Part shown: positions 53,021 through 64,000 of the stretch, in pieces | Position numbering within the stretch: the stretch's first letter is position 1 | Layout: each line of letters begins with the position of its first letter | Assembly: GCA_951406725.2 (NCBI GenBank) | Contig: OX597823.1 | Coordinates: 55,118,001 to 55,182,000 of the forward strand | DNA: 64,000 nt | Direction: 5' to 3' | From: Octopus vulgaris | Taxonomy: Eukaryota | Position numbers and translations under genes: made by a program | Notes under the pieces: generated by a model | Told to the model about the DNA's origin: nothing | Database searches by the model: none | Seen by the model: only the letters and a program-made list of their open reading frames with translations

Positions 53021-54282
53021 TCAGGTCATCCCATAAGTTCTGTCCGATTTTACCTTTTTTTTAAATTGAATGAAATTTAATAGTATTTTAGAATGTCTAA
53101 TACAATTAAAATTTATTTTTATGTATTTGTGTACATTTAAACTAATTAAATATTATTTTACAGAATAATAGAATTAAAATTTCTTGGATTAAAACCCTTT
53201 CTAACATGGAAGTATCCAAAGAGTATTTGAGGCACATAATGCTTTACGAGTTGAAGAAAGGAAACTCTGCAGCCGAAGCGACTCGAAACATATCCTCAGT
53301 TTATGGGAAAGAATACTTTTATGAAAGAACTTGCAGAAAATGGTTTGCAAAATTCAGAAGTGGAGATTTAAGCCTTGAAGATGAAGATCGAACAGGACGT
53401 CCAGTTGAGGTTGATGATAAGCTCCTTGAGGCATTTTTTGTAGAAATTCCTGCATTATCAGTTCAAGAATTGGCAATAAAGCTTAGTTTAAACCATGCAA
53501 CTGTTCATCCTAAACTTGAAAAATGGATGCCTCAGGAATTGTCCGAAAGCAACCGCAAATCCCGATTTGACATCTGTTCTTCTCTCCATTCTCGCGAACT
53601 CATTTTACACGTTTTGGATAGACTTGTGACTGGTGACGAAAAATGGATCTTCTATCAAAATGTTAAACGTCGTAAACAGTGGGTTGGTAAAAGGGAGAAA
53701 GCTCAACCACAAACGAGAAGGGAACTTCATGGGAAAATGGTTCTTCTCTCTATCTGGTGGGATTGCAAAGGAGTAATTCACTTTGAATTGTTACCACCTA
53801 ATGCAACAATCAATGCTCAAGTCTACTGTCAGCAATTAGAGCGTTTGAGCCAAACTTTGAAGAAAAAAAGACCCGCTTTAGTGAATCGAAAAGAAGTGAT
53901 GTTTAATCAGGGCAATGCGCAACCCCACACTGCAAAGATCACATCACAGAAGATCGAAGAGCTTGGTTGGGAAAACATTCCTCATCCACCTTATTCTCCC
54001 GACCTTGCTCCTTCACACTACCATTTGTTTCGTAGTTTACAGAATCATTTGGGGGACATAACTTTCGCAAGCCAGGAGGAAGTCGAGACTGACATTACAG
54101 AGCTCTTCGCTTTGAAACTAAGAGAGTTTTACATTAATTGGATTAAAAAGCTTGTAAATAGATGGAAGGAAGTCATAGATAATCAGGGAAAGTACATTGA
54201 TGATTAAATATCAATTAAATCTAACATTTGATCACTTGTTTTATTTATTCAAATTTCGGACAGGATCTACGGGATGAGCTGA
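53021..54282 (+). mobile_element. Full-length mariner transposon (1262 bp)
   Basis: TIRs TCAGGTCATCCCATAAGTTCTGTCCGA / TCGGACAGGATCTACGGGATGAGCTGA (22/27), TA TSD on both sides. Confidence 0.95.
53206..54207 (+). CDS. Mariner transposase, uninterrupted 333-aa ORF, probably inactive
   Basis: HTH N-terminus, GRP, WMPQEL, TGDEKW, QGNAQPH (second D is G), YSPDLAPSHY (third D is H). Confidence 0.9.
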   Translation: MEVSKEYLRHIMLYELKKGNSAAEATRNISSVYGKEYFYERTCRKWFAKFRSGDLSLEDEDRTGRPVEVDDKLLEAFFVEIPALSVQELAIKLSLNHATVHPKLEKWMPQELSESNRKSRFDICSSLHSRELILHVLDRLVTGDEKWIFYQNVKRRKQWVGKREKAQPQTRRELHGKMVLLSIWWDCKGVIHFELLPPNATINAQVYCQQLERLSQTLKKKRPALVNRKEVMFNQGNAQPHTAKITSQKIEELGWENIPHPPYSPDLAPSHYHLFRSLQNHLGDITFASQEEVETDITELFALKLREFYINWIKKLVNRWKEVIDNQGKYIDD

Positions 54283-55020
54283 TAGTTATACTTTACATTA
54301 CAAGTACATCGTTAACCGATCGATTTTAATATTCGTCGAGAATGTTATTTCTGAATTTTGCTTATCATATTGTTTTTATTTTTAATATCAGTAACAACAG
54401 CAACAGCAATATTACAACATAAAAAATGATTCACGATCCACCGAATGAATATTTATTTTGCCGCAGGACTTTTTGAAATAGTAGCCAAACTCTCAAATCT
54501 TACACTATTGCCATAAACATTAAAACTAAAACACAACTTGAACGATATTCCAAGATATATTATGGTTGAATAGATAAAAGTGGATTAGTCAAGTTAAAAT
54601 GCTGTTTATCATAGGTCTACTGAACCAGAGATGGCCTGGAGCCATTCGACAACACCAGTGAGAATATAGAATATGAATTTCTAAAATGCCGAACATTTTG
54701 TGAGAGTAATGTATTCAACTATATTGAATTCAATACTTGACAGATACTTGCTTTGTCAATACCTTTTCTCTCAGAGTGTAAAGGACAAATTGATGAGGTA
54801 AGTCATATTTTATCTTTTATCTTTTACTTGTTTCAGGCAATAGACACCGGCCATGCTGAGGCACCGCTTGAAGAATTTTTAGTCGAATGAATCGTTCCTC
54901 TTCACAAGGCCTGAAATTTCGGGTGGTGGGAAGGTAAGTCGATTACATCGACCCCGGTATTTAACTGGTACTAGATCTATTGGTAAACGTGAAAAGGCTC
55001 AATCACAACACAGATTTTTT

Positions 55021-55836
55021 AAAACTATACAGTTTAAAACTTTGAGTACTAGTAGAATTTGTCACGTAGAACACGGTTTACTCTGAACGTTCTTGACCAA
55101 ATTTCGTATTTTAGAAGTTATTTCATATTAAATTTGTCGTATTTGGATAATTTCAACCAATCAACGACGTGTATTCAGTTGAAGAAAGCTACTGCTGTTT
55201 GCGATTGTAATCGATGAAGAACAACTTCCGGGTCATCTCTACTAAATATCACTACTCTGTTCGAAGAATCAACACCACAGAGCAACGAGTCCGCAGCTAG
55301 AATTTTTTGTTGTTGACGTGTATGTGGTTTCAAAATACCTTATTTTACAACTATGAGATGTATTGTTATTGTCATGATTTTATCTTACTATAATCAACAG
55401 ACGCATTTCGTCAATATAATCGTCTTTATTAGACAAAAAAAAAAGAAGAAAATTATCAAAACACGGTAATTGTAGTGGCAGTGCCAAGTTCGCTCGCTGG
55501 TTGCCAGTTGATAGTGTAGAAGAGAAGGAAAGAGTAAGGAATGCACGTTGATGACTACAAAGGAAGAATGGATAGAGGTGGCATCGTCTTCGCACAACAT
55601 ACAAATAGAACAGAGTGGTGACATTTAGGAGAGATGATCCGAAAGTTGTTCCTCTTCGATTATTATTGCAAACAGCAGTAGCTTTCTTCAACCGAATACA
55701 CATCGTTGATTGGTTGAAATTAACCAAAATACGACGACTTTAACACGAATTAACTTCTAAAATACGAAATTTGGTTAAAACCGTGTTTTACGTGAGAAAT
55801 TCTATCAGTATTCGAAGTTTCAAACTGTTTAGTTTT
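55021..55836. mobile_element. Foldback-type element with ~240-bp inverted arms
   Basis: 55021-55262 is the reverse complement of 55608-55836 with high identity, e.g. ACCAAATTTCGTATTTTAGAAGTTA and GTTGAAGAAAGCTACTGCTGTTTGC. Confidence 0.85.
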
Positions 55837-56911
55837 CCCGTCTCTCATTAGTCTCATAGCCCTGTAAAAGGGTTACTACATAGTCCATCCCTCCTGACAA
55901 AATTATTAAAAATGAAACGAGAGGCAAACAATCCTGGCTGGTGGCCATTAGCCCCAGACATCGCGGCTATACGATCAGCAAAATAATCCCTTCTAATAGA
56001 TACTTGCTTCATCAAGTAACAACGATATTTAGTATTTCAAAAAACAAAAAACAATTGTTTTTGAGATCACGGCCACAGGTTATAGTAGAAGGTAGTTGCC
56101 AAAGTGCTGCACAGAAGGATTGAACACAGAAACCATGCAATCTTCGTGATCACAAAAATAAACTTCCGTGGCCACCCGTTCATATCAGTAGGTTTCATTT
56201 ATTCAGAACTTGTCCCAAAAATCTAATCATTTTCTACGATGTATATTACGTTGTGTGATTTTTCATAAATTTCTAGAGAAAAAATATTTCCCCATGCTAA
56301 TACATTCCCTGCTTCGCAAGTACTCACCTTCACTGACAACATGCAATGACACTAAGACTGACACACTGACACATATATTCACACATACGCATGTACACAA
56401 ACACAGTAGGAATACTTTTATACATACACAAACATACACCCATACACATATATGCTTACAAACCCATAGAATACCTCACATATATGTATTTATATTTTTC
56501 ATATACACATATACACAAATATGTATTTGTATATGTATGCACAGATATTTATATGTACGTATACATTATATATACATATATACATATACTGATGTATATA
56601 TACATATACACATACACATACACATGTATATATACATATACACATATATATATGTATGTGTGTGCATATATACATATACACATAAACATATAATCATATG
56701 CAAGGAAATATATTTGCGCACACACACACGCACGCGCATACACACACGTGTCTGCGTGCGTGACTATATTTATATATATAAATATATATTTATATATATA
56801 CATAAGCATGCACATACACACATATAACATACATTTTCTTTTATATATATATATTATATACACACATTCAATTAACAGATGTTTAGATTAGTGTCTATTG
56901 ATTACAGATTT

Positions 56912-56971
<60 letters not shown>

Positions 56972-57565
56972 CATTTTCTTTTATATACATATATATATAC
57001 TTACACAGAAATGCACACACAGACACATATGCATATATGTGTCTGTATGTATACATACATACATGCATACATACATACATACATACATACATACATACAT
57101 ACATACATACATACATACATACATACATACATACATACATACATACATACGTACATACATAGATAGGCATACTGGCATATAAACAATACAAACACAGCTT
57201 GTGTTTAAGCTATTCATCCAACGTCCATTATCGAGGAGTCTGATATCTCTTCCACCATCTTGTTTTTATTAACGTTAGAATAAACACGCTCGCACATAGC
57301 AGCCATATTGTTCCGCCATTTTCTTTGACATTTTTTTCCGTACATTGTTCAGTTGTTTTTCTTAAACATCTTTTTTTAAAGTGTATTTCCTCTTCAATCA
57401 TTGTCTTTCTTTAACTTCACTACATTCACAACATTCTCTTTCACAGCATATTCAATGAACTTATCACCTTTATCTTAATTTTCTCACGCTCAACCATACA
57501 TACTCACACACACACACACATGTACATGCTCCGACAAATATCTACTCGTATAGATATATATATAT

Positions 57566-57599
<34 letters not shown>

Positions 57600-57629
57600 G
57601 GATAGATTTATATATATATATTCTTTCTC

Positions 57630-57674
<45 letters not shown>

Positions 57675-58071
57675 CTATATATATATATATATATATAGAT
57701 ATATTCTCTCTTAAAAACACTAGAATGCCCGCTTTCATGCACGCATAAACGCAAAAATTTAAACACACATGCGCACACCTGTATATGTATATACTATTTT
57801 TTTTCTCTTCTGTTCCTTCCAGTCAAACGGCTGGGTCCATGCTGGAGCACCATCTTCAGCGAAGTTAGTCGTTCATGTTGACCGCAATACTTACTTTAAT
57901 ACAGTAGTTATTTTAACGATCCGTGTTTAGCTAATAGCTAAGTTATATATTGAAAAAACATAATGGGACCCAAGTTGATGTCTATTTAAAATGGTAAAGA
58001 TAAACATACACGCACATACACACACACACGTACGCACACAGACACACGTACATACACACACAGACACACTT

Positions 58072-58114
<43 letters not shown>

Positions 58115-58768
58115 ATTCTTAGAGTACATTCTCGCCATTCTCTCACTAATTCTTTAAGACTTTTTCATCATTCTCCCACTTGTCACTAACTTCTTCACAA
58201 CTCTTGCTTCCTTATCTGCCTAAAACCTTTTCCTTGCTTCTATTATATTAGTTACACAATGATATAATAGATATAACGCTACACATACATTTAGTCAATG
58301 TGTGTGTATGTGCTTGCGTGCATGCGTGTTGTGTGATAAATGATGGACAAACGCAGAAACGCGCATATATTACATTATATAATTCATTTCGTTTACAGGA
58401 AATACACACATTCTGCTACTTTTATTTAGGCAGCTTGTTCCTTTGTTTATATAGTCATACAGATTTAAGTGGTTGTAATTTTGTAAGCTTTATTACATAA
58501 TGCTATTTGCCAGGAGTCTGGAGCGTGAACTGGTGTTTACTTCTTGGTTCTCCTTTCTTTTGTATGGAATTACGTGGCCATTGGGGAAGTGTTTGAAGGA
58601 TTTCATGGAACTGTTGAATATGCTTTGGAAGGAATTAAACGTATGTCAAAATTTCACTTCCTTTTCATGTTGATAAATTTGGATTCAAACTTTGTATGTT
58701 TCTCATTAGAGAAGAGGGCATTTTTTCGATGAGGCATGTGTTACAAACTTTCTTTGATGGTGTTTGTA

Positions 58769-59006
58769 CATCTGCGACGATTTCATCTCAATCGAAGGAG
58801 AGGGGCTTTCTCCGTCCGGGTTGCGGATCCGTGGAATAAGCTGCCGGACGAGATAGTGAAGATGCCGACGACCGCTCGGTTCAAAGTTTCTCTTGACCAG
58901 AAATGGCCTGAACTCTTTGCATGAACACCTTCCCAGTACATAATTCTGTGTCCCCCTACATGGCCTCGCTTTTTGCTTTTTGAGCCAAAAAAATAAACTT
59001 AACTTA
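58769..59006 (+). pseudogene. CR1-group LINE 3' end fragment
   Basis: LNRRRGAFSVRVADPWNKLPDEIV...FKVSLD, then a UTR with AATAAA and an (ACTTA)n tail. Confidence 0.8.
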
Positions 59007-59376
59007 TATCTTTCAATGAATAGAAAACGGGTTGCTTCTCTAAATTAAACCGCTTATTCTCGGTTCGTACATGAGAGCGACAAAATAGGTGCGTGTATGC
59101 ATCTTTATAATTTATCTTTTACTTGTTTCAGTCATTAGACTGCGCACATGCTGGGGCAACGTATTGAAGGATTTTTAGTCGAATGAATCAACCGCAGTGC
59201 GTCCTTTTTTTTCTAAAGCCTGGTACTTATTATATCGTTCTCTTTTGCCGGACTGCTAAGTTACGGAAACGTAAACGCTCGAACACCAGCTGTCGTTCGA
59301 TGGTGTGGAAGAAACACAGACACAAAGACACACTTACACATCTATCCATTTATGTATCTATCTATCTATGTTATCG

Positions 59377-59467
<91 letters not shown>

Positions 59468-59477
59468 GATATAGATA

Positions 59478-60768
59478 CGAGGGGCGTTCAATAAGTAATG
59501 CCCCTGACCCACTTGCAGTTGTTCGATATAGCTGAAATTTTGCATGTGCAATTATTTATATCTCTATAGAGTAAGTGGCAAATTACAGCTCTGAACTAAT
59601 TGTGGTTTCCGATTTACAGGTGTTTGAACTGAGTCAAGTGTGAAATGGAGCATGTTGAGTGTCGAGCAGTGATCCGGTTTTTGTATTTGAAAGGACGCAC
59701 ACCACGGGAGACTTTTGATGAAATGAAAGTAACTTATGGTGATGATGCCCCATCATATGACCTTGTAAAACGCTGGCATCGTGAATTCAAACATGGTCGG
59801 AACTCTGTGGAAACAGCTCCCAGATCTGGTCGCCCCCTTCTGCTATTGATGAGGCATCTGTCTGTCAAGTTGAGGCTGCCATTTTGGAAGATCGACGCAT
59901 AACTATTCGCCAAATAGCCCATGAGGTCAAGATTAGTACCGGGTCTGTGGAAACTATCATTCATGACCATTTGCATATGCAAAAGGTGTCTGTCAGATGG
60001 ATTCCCAGGCTGCTCACACCTTTCCAGAAGCAAGAACGCGTCGATTGCTCGAGGATGAATTTGGAGATGTGCCAAGAAGATGTGTCAAAATTTTTCAAAA
60101 GACTGATTGCATAGGATAAGACCTGGGTCCATCACTATGATCCAGAGACCAAAGCCCAGTCAATGCAGTGGAAGCACCGTGACTCACCTCCTCCAAAGAA
60201 GGCAAGAGTGCAGCCCTCCGCTGGCAAGGTCATGCTTACAGTCTTCTGGGACCAGGACGGAGTAGTGAAGACAGATTTCCTGGCAAAGGGTGCCACAATT
60301 ACAGGAGTCTATTATGCTTCACTTTTGAGGAAATTAAGAGAAGCTATCAAAATCAAGAGGCGGGGCAAGATCAGCAAAGACATCCTCCTCCTGCAGGACA
60401 ACGCTCCGATCCACAACTCGCGTGTCGCCAGATCAGAAACAAAGGCGTGCGGCTATGAACTCATCCCCAATCCCCCTACTCTCCTGACCTTGCACCCTCT
60501 GATTTTCACCTCTTCCCAGCCATGAAGTTGTTTTTGAAAGGAAAGCGTTTCCCAGATGATGCAGCCTTGATTTCTGAAGTGGCGTCGTGGTTGGAGGACC
60601 AAGCTGGGGTCTTCTACAAAAACGGTCTTCAGAGCTGCATCAAACGATGGGTGAAATGCGTAACTCTGGGTGGTTCCTATGTAGAAAAAGACTAATAACT
60701 GTTCCAAGTTTCGTTGCTCTACTGCTATGGGAAGTGGGTCAGGGGCATTACTTATTGAACGCCCCTCG
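59478..60768 (+). mobile_element. Full-length mariner (irritans-like TIR), 1291 bp
   Basis: Perfect 37-bp TIRs CGAGGGGCGTTCAATAAGTAATGCCCCTGACCCACTT, TA TSDs. Confidence 0.95.
59645..60695 (+). pseudogene. Mariner transposase pseudogene
   Basis: MEHVECRAVIRFL..SGRP, a frameshift, WIPRLL..IA*DKTW..QDNAPIH, a second frameshift, YSPDLAPSDF, stop at 60693-60695. Confidence 0.9.
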
Positions 60769-61356
60769 TATATGTATATTGACGAGCTTCTTTCAGTTTC
60801 TATCAACCAAATTTACTCAGAATACTTTCGTTGGCCTGAGGCTATAGTAGAAGACACTCGCCCAAGGTGTCACGCAGTCGTACTGAACCCGGAACCATAT
60901 GGTTGGGAAGCAAGCCTCTCTCCACACAGCCACACCTGCGCCTATACACATACAGATTTGAAGGGCTAGTTTGTTAAAATTGTCAGCTGCTATTAATTAA
61001 AGGATCCAAAATGTAAATATCGCTGTGAATGAATATTTATAAATTTAGTTATATATTGAATGATTATCGAAGAATAGTAGAATATTTTGGTCGCGATTTT
61101 GTCAACCTTTATATGGAACAAGAATAAATTTGAATATATTTAGTTATAAAATACAGCTGTTTGGAGAAATTCACAGAAAGGGGGTGGGCGTGACTGAGTC
61201 TATAAATTATAGTGTTCTCTGTCTCTTTAGTTTCTAACATAGTTAATTTTAATATATTGCATGTATATGTATGTATGTATGTATGTATGCATGCATGCAT
61301 TATATATATATACATATGTATGTATGTATATATAAATAAATGTATATGTATGTATG

Positions 61357-61388
<32 letters not shown>

Positions 61389-61418
61389 TGTATGTATGTA
61401 TGTATGTATGTATGTATG

Positions 61419-61456
<38 letters not shown>

Positions 61457-61459
<3 letters not shown>

Positions 61460-61832
61460 ATATAAACGGCAGTTTGTCTGTGCGTTTTCTGTGTGTCTGT
61501 TTTCTCGTACCCTCACTCTGACCACGGCTTTCAACCGATTCTGATGAAACTTGACACACACATAGCCCAATGTCATAATTCAAAACTAACGCAGTGAAAA
61601 TTTTGAAAAGTTCCCCCAGTTCTGAAAAAAATCGATAAATTCGACATGGGGTCGAGAATCAGAAACCCAAACCACAGACCGTCTAGGGGACGCAACTCCA
61701 CCTTTTTTAACTCAAAAAAAATTTACCATCATTTTTTTCCCATTTTTTTGCTATTTTTTGGCTATAACTCTCTAAAAATGCTTTATAGTTATTTCCCTTA
61801 CAAACCTGAGCAACGCCGGGCGATACTGCTAG
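61457..61832 (+). mobile_element. Non-autonomous Helitron
   Basis: 5' A|TCTATATAAA, subterminal hairpin CCTGAGCAACGCCGGG, 3' CTAG|T, inserted in (TA)n with no TSD. Confidence 0.85.
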
Positions 61833-61947
61833 TATATATATATATATATTAATCAATTTAGGGTAGCAAAAAATTCAATAGAAATTTATCGCTACCAGCG
61901 GTCTAGTGGGAAAGAGAAAATAGTCAAAGACTAAATATATAAAGTTA

Positions 61948-62081
61948 AAACAATTTAGGAATGGCCTTAATAGGCCATTCGTCCACTAGAAAGAGCAGCC
62001 ATAACTCAAACCGGTTTGAGTTATGGCTGCTCTTCTTTCTAGTGGACTTCTAAATGGCCTATATAGGCCATTCCTAAATTG

Positions 62082-62084
<3 letters not shown>
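61948..62084. repeat. ~137-bp near-perfect palindrome with nested hairpins
   Basis: Loopless centre AAACC|GGTTT with 22-bp perfect arms, extending with small indels to AAACAATTTAGGAATGGCCT / AGGCCATTCCTAAATTGTTT. Confidence 0.9.
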
Positions 62085-62139
<55 letters not shown>

Positions 62140-62204
62140 TATACAGATAGGTAGGTAGGTAGGTGGATAGATAGATAGATAGATATGTATACATATGTAT
62201 ATAC

Positions 62205-63858
62205 TACTAGCCATAGATGTGTCGGACGCATACTCAATTGCTGGTCCTGATGGTTTCCCAGCAATCCTCCTCAAATAGTGTTAGCGTGCCCTGGCAAAAC
62301 CTCTACAGATCCTCTTCCAGAGTTTTCTTGCAAACGACAGGCTGCGAAGCAAACTGAAGGAGGGAATAATATGTCCAATCCATAAAGGAGGAAGCAAATC
62401 AAATGCCAAAAACTATAGGCTTATTACTCTGACTTCACAAAGTCATGGAACGGATAATCAGAGGGAAACTGATCGTATTCCTAGAGGGGAAACAACTTGC
62501 TGAGTGATACCCAGCATGGCTTACGACCAGATAGGAGCTGCCTGACCCAGCTCTTACAATATTATAACTGGATGTTGAAGCAGTTACTCAACAACTCAAA
62601 AGTGGACGTAATATACCTTGACTTTGCAAAATTTTTCGATGAAGTGGATCATGGTATGATATGCCACAAACTGCGTGATCTTGGCATAGCTGGAAAACTT
62701 GGAGAGTGGTTACATGACTTTCTGAAAGATAGAAGTCAGGCAGCAGTGGCTAATGGAGCCTCCTCAAAGAAAAGAAAAATAGTGAGCAGTGTTCCATTGG
62801 GCACTGTCTTGGGACCACTGCTTTTCATAGTGGCCCTCTCAGATAATCCCTCAGCCGCCTGGATAGCCACCCCTGCTAGCTACGCAGGCGATACGAAAGT
62901 CTCGCAGAAAATACAGAACCCCAGCGATGTTGCGCACCTGCAGCAGGAGTTGGACTCAGTTTACAGATGGGCTGAGGATAATAATAAGCAGTTTAATGCT
63001 GAAAAATTCCAAGCCCTGCGCTCCCAGCGTCCAAAACTGAATATAAAACTTACAGGGTACACTGTTCCACAGGAGATTACAATCCCAGAGCCTAAATCAG
63101 TGAGGGACCTGGTTATCGATATGAGTGATGATACGTCTTTCCAAGTGCACATTACCAGGATGGCTACAAAGTGCCGTCGACTGGCTGGAGGGATCCTGAG
63201 AACGTTCAGAACCAGAGAGAAGGAAACTATGATGGTCCTCTGGAGGACATTCGTACTCAGCCACCTGGACTATTGCTCCCAGCTATGGTCACCCAACAGT
63301 GTAAATTTAACGGCGGATCTTCAAGCAATCCAGCGAAGCTTCACAAAGAAGCTTGTCTCGTTGCAACAGCTCAGCTACTGGGAAAGGCTGAAACAGCTAA
63401 GACTCTACTCCCTGGAGCGAAGGCGGGGGTGGTATGCAGTAATATTCATCTGGAGGATTCTGGAAGGAATTGTGCCAAATTTTGGCATTGAGAGCTACAC
63501 CAATGCCAGAACGAGTCTACACTGCACAGTTCCAAAGATCCAATCAATGCCATCGCGTTTCAGGACCAGTTACTGCAACAGCCTGGGTTACTGGGGCCCA
63601 CAGCTTTTTAATATTCTCCCAAAGAGCCTGAGAGACCTACAATAAGTGGATGTAGGTGTTTTCAAATCGAAACTGGACCTCATCCTGTCGAGAGTTCCAG
63701 ATGAAGTCACCTCGCGGGAAGAAGTGCAAATGAGGGTAGCGACACCAAACTCCCTTTTTCACCAAATGTCACATATTAGATAAGGCTCTCAATAATAACA
63801 GTGAAGCAAAACGACGATGCCCCAGCATAGTCGCAGCTCTGAGCTGAAACTACAAAAA
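62205..63858 (+). pseudogene. CR1-group LINE, 5'-truncated, RT domain plus 3' UTR
   Basis: AGPDGFPA, then ORF 62497-63645: QHGLRPDRSCLTQLL, DVIYLDFAKFFDEVDH, VPLGTVLGPLLF, YAGD (YADD mutated), LDYCSQLWSP, LYSLERRR. Confidence 0.92.
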
Positions 63859-63870
63859 TTATATATATCA

Positions 63871-64000
63871 CTAGCAGTATCGCCCGGCGTTGCTCGGGTT
63901 TGTAAGGGAAATAACTATATAAGCATTTTTAGAGAGTTACTTCCTTTATAGATGCCAATTCGGGCTTTCTTAGCCATTTCTGTTTTGGTGTCTTCAAGCC
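63871..64000 (-). mobile_element. Helitron 3' end (continues beyond the window)
   Basis: A|CTAGCAGTATCGCCCGGCGTTGCTCGGG is the reverse complement of the 61457-61832 terminus over ~70 bp. Confidence 0.8.

Larger units (their letters stand above)
59113..60942 (-). mobile_element. SINE family B split by a mariner in its internal (TA)n
   Basis: 3' half at 59113-59335 and 5' half at 60780-60942, colinear on the minus strand. Confidence 0.8.

Noticed and set aside
56210-57217. Overlapping H/T/Y/I-rich ORFs (also at 30.3, 33.7 and 49.0 kb)
   Set aside because: Microsatellite translations.

Overview
Eukaryotic, AT-rich, repeat-dense DNA with no recognisable host gene exon, so probably intergenic or deep intronic. 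The mix of abundant tRNA-derived SINEs, very dense (TA)n/(CA)n/(TACA)n/(TAA)n microsatellites and CR1, RTE and mariner families looks like an Octopus (coleoid cephalopod) genome; this is an inference. Real protein-like sequence is all transposon-derived: two full-length mariners (53021-54282 with an open but catalytically mutated ORF; 59478-60768 with perfect 37-bp TIRs and a broken ORF), two long decayed CR1-type LINEs, an RTE-type LINE split by a SINE, and an R4/Dong-type RLE fragment. Also present are hAT, Tigger and mariner MITEs, a foldback element and two non-autonomous Helitron ends. Most listed ORFs are microsatellite or SINE noise. The most interesting observations are: (1) a minimal type I hammerhead ribozyme at 50976-51010 in a Penelope-like terminal repeat, plus degenerate relatives; (2) SINE concatemers with the same ~184-bp unit junction at four loci; (3) a shared 3' tail with a covarying stem-loop linking one SINE family to the CR1-type LINE at 62.2-63.9 kb; (4) an ORF-less ~550-bp element sitting in (TAA)n arrays, once in tandem with the R4/Dong fragment; (5) several palindromes and inverted repeats. 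Family names come from remembered motifs, not database searches.
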